Position numbers and translations under genes: made by a program
Notes under the pieces: generated by a model
Database searches by the model: none
Seen by the model: only the letters and a program-made list of their open reading frames with translations
What the model was told of the DNA's origin: nothing
Part shown: in pieces, positions 19,776-31,036 of the stretch
Position numbering within the stretch: position 1 is the stretch's first letter
Layout: every line of letters starts with the position of its first letter
NCBI GenBank assembly: GCA_002269645.1
Contig: NIVC01004911.1
Location: 1 to 31,772, forward strand
Direction of reading: 5' to 3'
Length of the DNA stretch: 31,772 nt
From: Macrostomum lignano
Lineage: Eukaryota

Positions 19776-20133
19776 ATGGAGCAACTTCAGACAGCTTTGA
19801 AGGGCCGGCTGCAGCAGCTGAGCGGCCCGAAGTCGGTCGGGCCTTCCGGAGGCTGCGGTCACGTCAACATCGCCATGGAGGCCAGCGATGCATCGTCGGC
19901 CGCTTCCGACGCGGAAAGTACTGGCAACGATGACGATGACGACGGGGAGAAGCGCGATCGCCCCGCCAAAGACAGCCAAGCTGATGATGGGCAGCTGGGC
20001 GACTACCAGAAACACATGCCAGGTGATTTGGCAGACGTGCAGGACGACGCGGAAGAGTTAAGTGACGCTGACAATAGCAGCCTGTCAATCTCCGGATCGA
20101 TGGGCCCGTGGCGGATCGTTCGGGCTCTGCTAG
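19776..20133 (+). CDS. RNF217: RNF217-like RBR E3 ligase exon 1 (acidic, disordered N-terminus)
   Basis: ATG after an in-frame TGA; CTAG|gtatgc donor in phase 1, matching the next acceptor. The start is inferred. Confidence 0.65.
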
Positions 20134-20356
20134 GTATGCTCAGTGAATTATTTAAGTTTAAACTTCTTGGGGTTGGTCTATGAAGCGTGTCCTGTACAGC
20201 ATGATGCCGGGTCGTCAATAGACTCACAACGAGTTCTGTGCTTGGTTACCTTACCAACCGTCACAAAGTTTAATAGTGCATTTTTCAGACGCTTCTCAAG
20301 CTATCATAAAAATATTTTTCCAACCAAACGAATGCAGTCCAACATTTTATCTTTAG

Positions 20357-21318
20357 GCAGTCGGTTCTATGCTGACACTGCTGCGGATAACGACGACACA
20401 GAAGCTGCAGTAACAGCAGCGGCAGCCGCAGAAGCGGCTCAGAGGTTCACCGCCTGGTCCCGTCGCCTCTGCTGGCGACAGTTTCATCGCCTGCGGCACC
20501 GCCAAAATCGTCGGTTCGCCGGTTTCGAGTCCGGATTGCTCATAGATCTGCTGTGTGTCTCCGCTGTGGCCGACACGGCTGGCCAGCGAGACCGTCTGGC
20601 TGTCCTCAAGGCAGCCATTCAAGCGGATGTCAATTCCGATGACATTGGAAACGACGCTGAAACCGACGGCAGTGACCGTGCTGGCAGCGGCCGAATCTTT
20701 CATCTGTGCCTGCGCGCTGCACTGAACGATGTCGACTGCTGGCTGTCGTTGTGGACAACAGCTCTCGCTGATGAGTTGACAGCCCGACTGTCTCTGCCAG
20801 AGGGACTGGGAGTCCTGGCCATCGGTACCTGCGATCGAGTCTGTCTGGAGCCCGGACGACCACTGGCTTTGACTCCTTGCTGCCGCCAGCGGGTCTGCCT
20901 TGCATGCCTCGCTGACCATGCTCGCTCGCGCCTGCTGGAGGGCCGGCCGCAGCCGCCGCCGTGTCCGCTCTGCCCTGCCGAGGCCGTTTTCAGCGTTGCT
21001 CAGCTGCGCTTTCTGTTGGCCAACTGCTGCAGTGGTTACTATGGCGACAATGGTCCGATTTTTAACCGGCAGCTGCTGACGCTGCTTGATCGTCGGCTGG
21101 CAGACCAGGCGGTGGGCTCGGACAGCCGGACCTGCCCACACTGCGGCCTCCTGACGCCTCGACCACCACCAACGCCTTCGCAGCAGACGCAGCCCCCGAT
21201 GGGGGCCCTTCAACAGCAGCCAACTACTGGTGCCGAGTCGGTACCAAATCCTAGCGGTGAAGACACTGACGATGTCTCCACAGTTGCCTGCACAGTTGCC
21301 TGCCAGCGTTGCTTTCAG
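20357..21318 (+). CDS. RNF217: RNF217-like exon 2 (RING1 and start of IBR)
   Basis: atctttag|GC and CAG|gtaact; RVCLEPGRPLALTPCCRQRVCLACL...CPLC resembles the RNF217 RING1. Confidence 0.88.
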
Positions 21319-21479
21319 GTAACTGCATTGACCTTGTATACCAGCTCTGGAGTGCATTAGACTCACCAAGCCGTTGCACGACCAACAATAAAACCAATTT
21401 GGTTAGAATACTTTCCTGCATGTGCAACAACATATGCTCACCATCTTCATTTACAAACACACAATTACCAAATCCACAG

Positions 21480-22410
21480 GCCTGGTGTTTCGACTGTCAC
21501 GCTCCGCTCCACGCAGACCGCAGCTGCGCCAACTTCCGGCGCAGCCAGGACCAGCTGCTGGCGCAGTGGTGCAATGTAACCTATTCGGAGAACGGGCAGA
21601 TTCTACGACGAGCTCAACGCTGCCCCCGATGCTGCGTCCTGATTGAGAAGGACTCCGGCTGCAACCACGTCATCTGCTCGCGCTGCGGTTACGAATTCTG
21701 TTACGCCTGCAGAGCACCACACCACGCTGGTGACTGCGTTCCCCTGGACCTCGCCGAGGCAGCTGCCCAGCGTTCCCGGAACGCTCGACTCTGTCGACAG
21801 TTTCGCTTCTGGGAAGAGTTCAATCGTTCAGTGCCGCTAGCTCGGCCCTGCCCCGGCCCGTCTTGTCGCTACTTCGTTGCCCTGCCTGAGACGTCAGTGC
21901 GCCGAACTCCCTACGATTGGGAAACTCGCTGCGATCTGTGCCAGGTTGTTTTCTGCTACCTGTGCGGCACCCGGTCACACGTGGGCCTGCACTGCCCGAT
22001 TGTGAAACGCCGGTTAGAGGAAATGACCACCGAGATGGTCACCGATCCGGTCAGTGGACTGCAGCTGTCCCGATCCCGACAGTGTCCCCGATGTTCCGCC
22101 CTGGTTCCACTGCCGCTGGGCCTCGATCTGCATCACCAGCAGCAGCAACAGCAGCAGCAACAGCAGCTACAACCGGCGCAGCACCAGCAAGAAGAGTTCT
22201 GCAGCCGCTGTCTCGAGTGCTCGCACGTCTTCTGCTATCGCTGCGGCGAGAGCTGGTCGCCGGAGTTGAGCTGCTACTTGCTGATGTCTCAACAGCACGT
22301 CGAGTCAATCTTTGGCGGTCACACTGACGCGCTAAGCGTGTTCGGATGCCGCTACATCTACCAGAGGGACCGACCCGCGCTCAGGCGCACAATGCGAGGC
22401 CTTCGACTGC
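21480..22410 (+). CDS. RNF217: RNF217-like exon 3 (IBR end, RING2, second IBR, degenerate RING2)
   Basis: ccacag|GCC and C|gtgaga; WCFDCH..H, AQRCPRC..IEKDSGCNHVIC..C..FCY.C, then the RNF217-type tail GHTDALSVFGCRYIY..RP.LRR..RG. Confidence 0.9.
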
Positions 22411-22534
22411 GTGAGAGTTTTCACTGAGTCTAGGTGGATTTTTTAGTCGAAGATCAATCGTAAATTATCTGGTACAATCATTACCTGATTTATGACTCAT
22501 TGTCAACCGGATTTATTGCTCCCTCTCTTTTCAG

Positions 22535-22677
22535 TCGGCATTGTTCTGCTACTAATAATAGCCGTGGCCCTACTGTCGCCATTCATCGTGGCATTCCTCG
22601 CCATCGCTGTTATTGTCGTAGTTGTTGCCGGAATTTTCATCCTGGCCTACAAAATCTTCCGTCGATTGGGAAGATGA
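22535..22677 (+). CDS. RNF217: RNF217-like exon 4 (C-terminal transmembrane hairpin)
   Basis: ctctcttttcag| in phase 1; LGIVLLLIIAVALLSPFIVAFLAIAVIVVVVAGIFILAYKIFRRLGR*, as in membrane-anchored RNF217. Total about 797 aa. Confidence 0.85.
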
Positions 22678-23729
22678 CGTTCAAGGACCACACGAAGTTA
22701 CTGTTAACTAGAAGTGGTCCTTGATGACGGCATCGGGGGAAGAATACGTCGACTGCCGATTACTGTACTGCGGTAGTTGCTCTGTTCGCTTTGTTGCAAG
22801 AAACTTTCTTGAACTTCTTGAACTTGAACAGTTGCAGCTGCACCTTATGATGAACCAATAGCTAGTAGCCCTTGCTCGCACCTCGTTGCACCAATTATTA
22901 TTAAGCAAGGCTCACTTGATGTTATTGATTTTGAATCAAATTTTAAAGATTTGAAGGACGAAAACCCAGTGCCACGGATCAGTCAACTACGAGCGTAGCC
23001 TACTAGCTTAGTCTATCGCGTCACTAATTTGATTTTGCATGTATTTTCTGCAAAAAGTACAAAAAATATACACGTGTAAGCGTACATCCTGCAGATTTCG
23101 CTTTTACGAGCCGTAGTTTTTTCAATCAGTTTTAAGCAGTCTTTAACTGGGGCAAAGCAACGGGGGCCGTAAGCGGGAAATCACACGCCTTGGTAGACTG
23201 TTGGCCCTGCTGTAAATCATTGGGTGGATGGTTGCTCCTACTGGTAGCATCCCAGCAAGTTAGTCACAAGTGCAAATGAAAGCACCCAAGTGAACTGCAC
23301 GATTTTCAGACACTAGAGTTTTCTTCAGACAGTCACAAGCTGTTGGTTTAGTATCCTTAAGGGGCTGCTCAAAACAGACAGACTGGATACATCGACCGAA
23401 GCCAGCAGCAGCAACAGCAACTGCGACAAAAGGAATTTCTCACACCTTATTTCTTCTGCAAAGAGCAGAGCAGAATTCCTGACTCAAGTTGAGTCTCGCA
23501 CACCTGCGGCTTTTACTTAAGAGTGCTGCAGAAGTGTCTCACACTCAGGCTTGCAGCAGAATGGCGGTCGATAATCGATGTCTCTGAAGATGAGATGCAT
23601 CCATGCGAGCAAGTATTCATGCTTTATGGCAAGATGCCTTGAGTTTCTTTTTCCTCAGTGTTGTTCCCCACTTTGTCGCAATAATAAATATTAACTGGTT
23701 AATAGTGCACCTGCGTTTATGAATGTAAC

Positions 23730-24717
<988 letters not shown>

Positions 24718-25816
24718 GTTTTTTAGGTGCTGAACTCCCCAAGGGGATCACGACACTATGCTCAGCCGGCTTAGCAAAGCAAGAAAGGATAATGACAAAG
24801 CCATAGGTATTAAGATGCTAGAAAAGGAAAGACAAAAACTGGCTGAAACAGGATACTGCATGAAGAGTTGCGGTGAATATCAATATGCCCTAAATCGAAT
24901 ATGTGCGACCACGCCCATGTATAATGCTTCTAGCATAATTCTTAGATACTTGAGTAGAGGTGGGCAGACAGCATAAGACTATCTAAATGGCATGCCGCAG
25001 ATTCTACAGAATTATTGTTGGCATTTTATTTGAATACAAAAGCGCCGTGTGGCCTGCAACCTATAATTAACTGGGCGTAGTTTTCTTAGGCGTATGTTGA
25101 CAGAGCATTAGATGTGTCAGACAGATGTCAAAGAGGCAACTCCGTAGGCAAATGTTCGCCTTATAACACGGCGAGTCGCCGTCGTAGTAGCTTAATTCTA
25201 AAACAGGACGGATGAGTGCGCCATCGGGAAATGTCGGATACGAATTATCAAGCTGTCATCCTGGCTGCCTTGCAAATCATGGCGCGGCAGTGGGGAATGC
25301 GAACACTATATATACACTGCAGTTAGTGCTAGAATCTCGGCAAGACTCGCGTGTGTGTTGGACCAACTGCTAGCAACGCAAATATTGGAAAATGCATCTC
25401 AAAGGAACAGTTGCTCAAATGCTTCTGCTGTTCAGCATCTGCACCTTCACAGTCTGCCTGCTGTCTGCTGGCAGAGCAGACGCCCTGCCCAGATCCGTAA
25501 GTTATTTGTGCAGTGTAATTGATATGTTTCACTTGGTCTACTTCCAGTAGCATGCATTTCTTCATGGGATATTTTATTGGGCAAAGCAGCTCTGTACTTA
25601 ATTACGCTTCTGGTTCTAATCGCGCCGAAGTACCCAAGTTCGATTTCGAGCGAGGCCATTTGGTACTTTTGCACAGAAATTGCCCTGTGGCTTGCCTAAT
25701 TCTCCCAATTCAGGGTATGCCTCTCCGTGTGCCTGCGGATGCTTCTTGCTAAAGCCTATGGAAACTAATTACTTGAAAATGCTATAAGAATGCAAGCTTT
25801 ACTTCTTATACTTCAG

Positions 25817-25972
25817 AGCGACAAAGGCGACCTGCAGAGCCTGATCGACAAGCTGGTCAATGAGGACTCCAGTCCAAGCGAAGCTCGATCCCTGCAGCCG
25901 AGCTCCAGCGACCTTCAAAAGTACAACTGGCTGCTCAACAAGTACGGGCCCTACGTTCAGTACGGCAAGTGA
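25817..25972 (+). CDS. Orphan coding-like exon, unknown product (possible neuropeptide-precursor end)
   Basis: ttatacttcag| acceptor and strongly C/G-ending codons; SDKGDLQSLIDKLVNEDSSPSEARSLQPSSSDLQKYNWLLNKYGPYVQYGK*. No upstream exon identified. Confidence 0.4.
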   Translation, partial: SDKGDLQSLIDKLVNEDSSPSEARSLQPSSSDLQKYNWLLNKYGPYVQYGK

Positions 25973-26177
25973 AGCCAGCCGAACAAAGACAATGGCGAGT
26001 GAAGTCGAAATTGCATGTGAACTGCTAGATTCTATCATTTTAGAAGGTGAAAATGATTCAGTGTCGCCATGAAAGATATTTATTAATGACAAATTTTATC
26101 AACAGAAAAATATACCAGAACAAGAATTTGACTATTTAAGTTTCTACCGTTGAATTATCAATTTTGCATTCTTTTAC

Positions 26178-26470
26178 CAGGGGTTGCAGCCTACTAGTGG
26201 TTAGAGCGTCGAAGTCACGACTTGAATTTCGGGGTTCCCGGATTCCCGATTCCACTGGAACAATTTGTGTCCTTCAGCAAGGCACTTAATTCTGCATTGC
26301 TTCAGTTCACCCAGCTGTAAAATGGGTGCCAGCATTAGCTGGGGTAATTGAGGGTGTGTGGCGACCCCACAGTCCTTGGACTGAACAACCGTACGCAATA
26401 GCTGTGGCTGAGCTATCCGTGTTTGCACATCCGACCAAATTTGGCGCAAGAGGTAATCTATTATTATTTA
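26178..26470 (+). mobile_element. tRNA-derived SINE copy 2
   Basis: Degenerate tRNA-like head, same central domain, (att)n tail. Confidence 0.82.
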
Positions 26471-26867
26471 ATATTAATATCAATTCTATTAATATTAGTA
26501 TAATTATTACATATACAAAGAAAACATACTACTATGAAGATACAATTGTCAGTAGTGTAAAATACAGTTAACAAAGAAGAATAAGCAGGCCGAAATAAAG
26601 CAGTGCATGCAGTGACGAACACAAATATTCTGAACTAGAAGGGGCTGAAGTAAAAGTTTGGACAGGTCAGTCTAAGTCCAAAATTCACTTGTCAATTTTT
26701 TATGCTTAACGAAGGTTCAGCAAGGAAATATTTGGTAAACTTATAGCATCCGTGCGTTTGAAGATAGCGTAGCCAAAGTTATTCTGCAGTGGGCCTAGTA
26801 ACTTTAACAAACCGCATTTCTTAGAATTAGCTAGCCAACAAGTTTTGCTATTAAATATTAAAATTAA

Positions 26868-27191
26868 CAATAATAATAATTGATTACGCCTGCCCCAATA
26901 GCCAGATGTAAAACCGACAGCTCGGCCGCAGCTAGGGCGCCGCAGCGCCGGATCTGAAGGCTGCGTACGGCTGTTCAGTCCAAGGACTGTGGGGTCGCCA
27001 CACACCCTCAATTACCCCAGCTAATGCTGGCACCCATTTTACAGCTGGGTGAACTGAAGCAATGCAGAATTAAGTGTCTTGCTCAAGTGTCTTGCTCAAA
27101 GTCACAATTGTTCCGAGTGGGTCCGAGAATCGAACCCCCGACCTTTCAGTCGTGGGTCCGACGCTCTAACCACTAGGCTACAACCCCCTGA
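26868..27191 (-). mobile_element. tRNA-derived SINE copy 3 (inverted relative to copy 2)
   Basis: Reverse complement ggggttgtagcctagtggttagagcgtcgg...ggttcgattctc (A and B boxes), same centre with a 13-bp internal duplication, (att)n tail. Confidence 0.85.
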
Positions 27192-27349
27192 GGCTGAAAC
27201 TCCCTGAGGCTACAACCCCCTGAGGCTACAACCCCCTGAGGCTACAACCCCCTGAGGCTACAACCCCCTGAGGCTACAACCCCCTGAGGCTACAACCCCC
27301 TGAGGTTACAACCCCCTGAGGCTACAACCCCCTGAGGCTACAACCCCCT
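27176..27349. repeat. 16-bp minisatellite (GGCTACAACCCCCTGA)n, about 11 units, derived from the SINE 5' end
   Basis: The first unit is the 5' terminus of SINE copy 3. Confidence 0.93.
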
Positions 27350-28006
27350 TTGCCAATAAACAATCAACTTTACAAAAATTCGAAATCTAGATCAGATCCT
27401 AAACGAACGGACCATCGACGGTTCCTGTAGGAAAGTTCCTGTAGCCTGTAGCTGTCGGACACAGGACCTACGGAGAAGCTGGAGTACTCAGCACAGCTCT
27501 CCATACCGTTTCACAGCTTCATCAGGCTCAGAAGTGTCTTTGGGCCACTTTTAGTGAAATAATTAATAGCGTCAAGACCTTATATACAACGATTCTCAAC
27601 AATGTTAAATTCTAACTGATCTTATAGATTCACCGATCCAGTAGTATCGGTGAGTAGTAGAGTGAAAAGTAATCTGCACTCACATTGTTCTTAGTTGCCT
27701 AATTTTTAGTATATAGGATAAGAGGTTCCACAGCTCTATGAGTCAAATTTCTCTAAAGTTAATTAAAAAATCGAGGTCATTAAAAGTGGGTTGCAGAAGT
27801 ATCCGGTTAATATTTATTTATTTTTCATATTAAATTGGTTAACAATCGAGTTGTCACTGTAATATGCTCTGTCTTTAAGACTCCTAGAATATTGAGTTTT
27901 TTGCGTAGCGTTGCAGCGTTGGCGTTATAGTTCCGTAACGTTGCATACGAATTTAGTCATTATTCATTTCAAATTGACGTAGATGTCAGCCAAATCCCGG
28001 ACAAAA

Positions 28007-29110
28007 TCACGGACTCTGGCCCCGGGGCGCAGCGTTTGGGTTGGCAGCTTCGAGGCCTCGAGCTGATCTGCTGCTGCAGCCAAAGATCTCACGGAATGCC
28101 CGACGAAATTGACGGCTCTTCCACAGCAGAACAATCCAGTTCACCGACTGATTGAACAGCACAAGAACTCTTCCGATATCGACAATGCCCCAAAGCATCT
28201 TCTGGAAGGCAATTGAAGTCTCTGCGCCAATGATTGTCAGTGTCATGTTGATGAGGTTGCCCAAGACAGTTGGTATCGAGCAGACAAGCAGCACAGCGGA
28301 CAGGGCCACACAAATAATGGTGTTGGTGAGCTTGTTCTCACCTGATCCCGCTCGAATCTTAGCCTGCTCAGCCACAATATCCCTCATCTTGCAAATGAGG
28401 AATCCATTTGCTATCAAAATTATGAAGAACTCAACAGCCGCTGGGAGAACAAAAAGGCTTACATAGGTGTAAAACACCGTGTACTGCCAGCCTTCAAGGG
28501 AAAAGAAGCAAACAGTCGAGTCGCCCCAAATAACCCAACGAAACTGCGAGCCGTAGGGAGCAGCCAGAGCCGCGCTGAGGATGGCAGCAAAGAGACACAC
28601 CTTCATCGAAGTCTTCGCCGATACCGTCTGGAACTTCAACGGGAAATACACTGTCAGACACCTGTCAACCACCATCACAAGGAACAGAACGCTGGAGCTG
28701 ACGCTGAACAGTGCTTCAAGATGGCGCACAATGGTACAGGCAGCATCGGACGCGTTCACATGAAAGAAACCAATTCTAGCGCCGCTGACCCAAGGCAGAC
28801 CCTTGGCCAAGAACATCCACATTAATCCAACAATGAAGAGGTGGAAATTGTCAGAGATGGCGATGACACTGAAGTACACACCTTGACGCGTCAGAGGCCG
28901 CAGCTTCTTCAGGTAGATATAAGTAGTAAGACTGTTCCCGACGAATCCGCCTACCAAGAAGATTGGGAGAATGATTCCGGACAGGAATCCCAGCACGGTG
29001 TTGATCCTGCAGAACGACACAGCCTCGGGAGCATTGCTCCAGCAGTCGATAAACAGAAACTGCAGGCTATCGATGAACTTCCGCGGCTTGTCAATCGTAT
29101 CGTTCGACAT
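28007..29110 (-). CDS. Intronless class A (rhodopsin-like) GPCR, peptide-receptor-like orphan, 367 aa
   Basis: Seven hydrophobic segments: TM1 GN (GFVGN), TM2 AISD, TM3 VDRC...FPL, TM6 CSIP, TM7 SVNW, helix 8 FRRAF. First ATG (MSNDT, N-glycosylation sequon) is at 29110; the track start at 29209 is TTG. Confidence 0.9.
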   Translation of the reverse strand: MSNDTIDKPRKFIDSLQFLFIDCWSNAPEAVSFCRINTVLGFLSGIILPIFLVGGFVGNSLTTYIYLKKLRPLTRQGVYFSVIAISDNFHLFIVGLMWMFLAKGLPWVSGARIGFFHVNASDAACTIVRHLEALFSVSSSVLFLVMVVDRCLTVYFPLKFQTVSAKTSMKVCLFAAILSAALAAPYGSQFRWVIWGDSTVCFFSLEGWQYTVFYTYVSLFVLPAAVEFFIILIANGFLICKMRDIVAEQAKIRAGSGENKLTNTIICVALSAVLLVCSIPTVLGNLINMTLTIIGAETSIAFQKMLWGIVDIGRVLVLFNQSVNWIVLLWKSRQFRRAFREIFGCSSRSARGLEAANPNAAPRGQSP

Positions 29111-30171
29111 TTCAAAGGCGTGTTGATGGGATCCCGGCGATGTGAGATCGGCCGGTTCACCTCGATGTGTATTTATTTCCTGCGCAGATCGCAGAAAATG
29201 ATCGGCCAAGGGGGATCTGGGGTCACGCGCATTTTTTCCTTTTGAATAAATTGCAAAAGCATTTGTGCAAAAATATTGGGTGATCGCCTATCAGTGGATG
29301 TGGCTCTTCCACAGCATCAAGTGATTCAATATCGTAATCAAGCACGATACCCGTTTGCGATCATTTAAACGCTTTGCTCTCTCAATCAAATAATTGACAT
29401 TCCGGAATTCGTCTCCTTTAATTATTATTTTTCAGTTGAATGAACAGAGCCGCAAAAGTGAGTGCATTAAATTGCCTCAATTGCTTTCCTGTGGTTGTTA
29501 AAATCTTCTGCATGAGCGTCACTTTTCGATCAGTGTGGGCTGGTCATAGCATTGGTATAGTCGATTATTATGGACATTGTTATTTGGGAATCTCGTGCTT
29601 TTTCAAGCATTCTCGAGTCGGCTCGAGTGCTGCAACGTCCGCATACAAATAGCGTCGATGTCTCAGCACCAGGATGCTACGCCATAACGCTTGATAGTCC
29701 GGAAGCTGTGTACGGTGCTTATATCGCTGCTGCTGCCTAATGTTTGTCCCGCTTGTGACTTCTCGTGAAGCCATCTTGCTGGAAGTTTGTGAACTGCGCT
29801 CGTATGAGAATCAGTGAAGTTAAGCTACGTAGCTTAAGTAGCTTAATACTAGTAGTTCAATACCTAATGTTAAGTATTAGGTAGTCGCCGGGCAAAGCCA
29901 TCGGCAGTCCAGTCTTCTCTTGCACTTCTCTAAGGGCGGAGATCACCGCATAAAGAGGTGTAGCCCACGCAGAGGGGGCCAGGTGGGCCGCGGCCTCTTT
30001 AGTCGCCCCACAAAGTCGTGCTCCCAAAAAAACTCAGTGAAAGAGAAAACCAAGCTAGACAAATGACAGGAGCTCAACTTTTATCACTTGAAAAAAGACA
30101 TGGCATGCACCGGCCTAGAAGATAGCTAGGGCGCGCCCATCAAGAGACTGACCAAGCGCCACAAGAGCCAC

Positions 30172-31036
30172 GGCAGAGCTGCGCCGTGGGCAGCTCAGCG
30201 GTCGGAAATTTATTTTTCACTCTGACAGCCAAGCAGCCCTTCGGGCCCTCTGCCGCAGCACCACCAGCTCCAGATTTGTCCTGGACTGCAACGCCCAGCT
30301 CAATGGGCTTGCGCTAGGCAACCAGGTGGAGCTCAGATGGATCCCGGGCCACGCTGCTTTCCTCGGCAACGAGCGCGCTGACCTGCTGGCTAAGGCTGGC
30401 TCCGCCGACGCGCTGCTGGGGCCGGGCCCGGGAGCCCCCATCCCGGCCTCAGTGATCAACTCCCGCGTTAAGCGCTAGGCTGATTCCGAGCATCTCCGCA
30501 GATGGCGCGACACCCGGAATTGCAGAAAATCCCGTGCTGCCGTCCCCTGCCCCTCTCCTCTCCTGCGTAGAGCCCTCCTCAGGCTCGCCAGCAGCCTGGG
30601 CGTAGAGACCTCAGAGAAGTTAGTATGGCCCCCTCCGGCATGGCTGCTTCTCTCGCCACCGCCTCTTCAGGGCCAGGTACCCGAGGAGCGGTGCCCCTTA
30701 TGCGCTCAGGTAGTGAAAACGCTGAGCACTTCATCTGCCACTGCCGGTTTTCACCAGGGCCAGGCTCACTCACCTCGGGCCGAACCCGGTTCTTTCCGAC
30801 GTTTGCAGGCCCGAGAGCATCCCGCTGCTCGCCCGTACCTCAGGGACACGGACGAGCTGACTTCTTCCTACCGCGGGTGAGGAGGACGGCGCTGCAGGCG
30901 AGACCGACGGGTCCCCCTGAGCGACATCGCTTCGATGGTAGTCTTTGGTCGCCAGGGGCTAGTGGAATGGGCGGTCTCCTCCGCCTCCTCGCTGCATCCG
31001 CCGGACGCCCCTGCAGCTATGTCAAGTTAAGTCAAA
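30172..31036 (+). mobile_element. 5'-truncated, decayed non-LTR retrotransposon (RNase H plus CCHC knuckle; I/Loa-like group)
   Basis: HSDSQAALRAL...VELRWIPGH...GNERADLLAK (RNase H), a TAG, then a frameshifted SGH..F..H...CPLC...ENAEHFICHC; tcaag/ttaag tail; candidate TSD gccac(c)aagagccac at 30158-30171 and 31037-31051. Confidence 0.85.

Noticed and set aside
20353-21369. Long antisense ORFs over RNF217-like, GPCR and LRRC9 exons (also 28841-29245, 736-1491)
   Set aside because: Expected shadows of GC3-rich coding DNA; no motifs.
24758-25752. Several 70-80 aa ORFs between the GATA tract and the orphan exon
   Set aside because: No recognisable domain and no consistent splice phase linking them.
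27100-27191. Functional tRNA-Val gene (also at 9850 and 26180)
   Set aside because: A and B boxes are present, but there is no acceptor stem or oligo-T terminator, and it continues into the shared SINE body.
29820-29837. 18-bp perfect palindrome TTAAGCTACGTAGCTTAA
   Set aside because: Isolated, with no flanking structure; could be a small local duplication.
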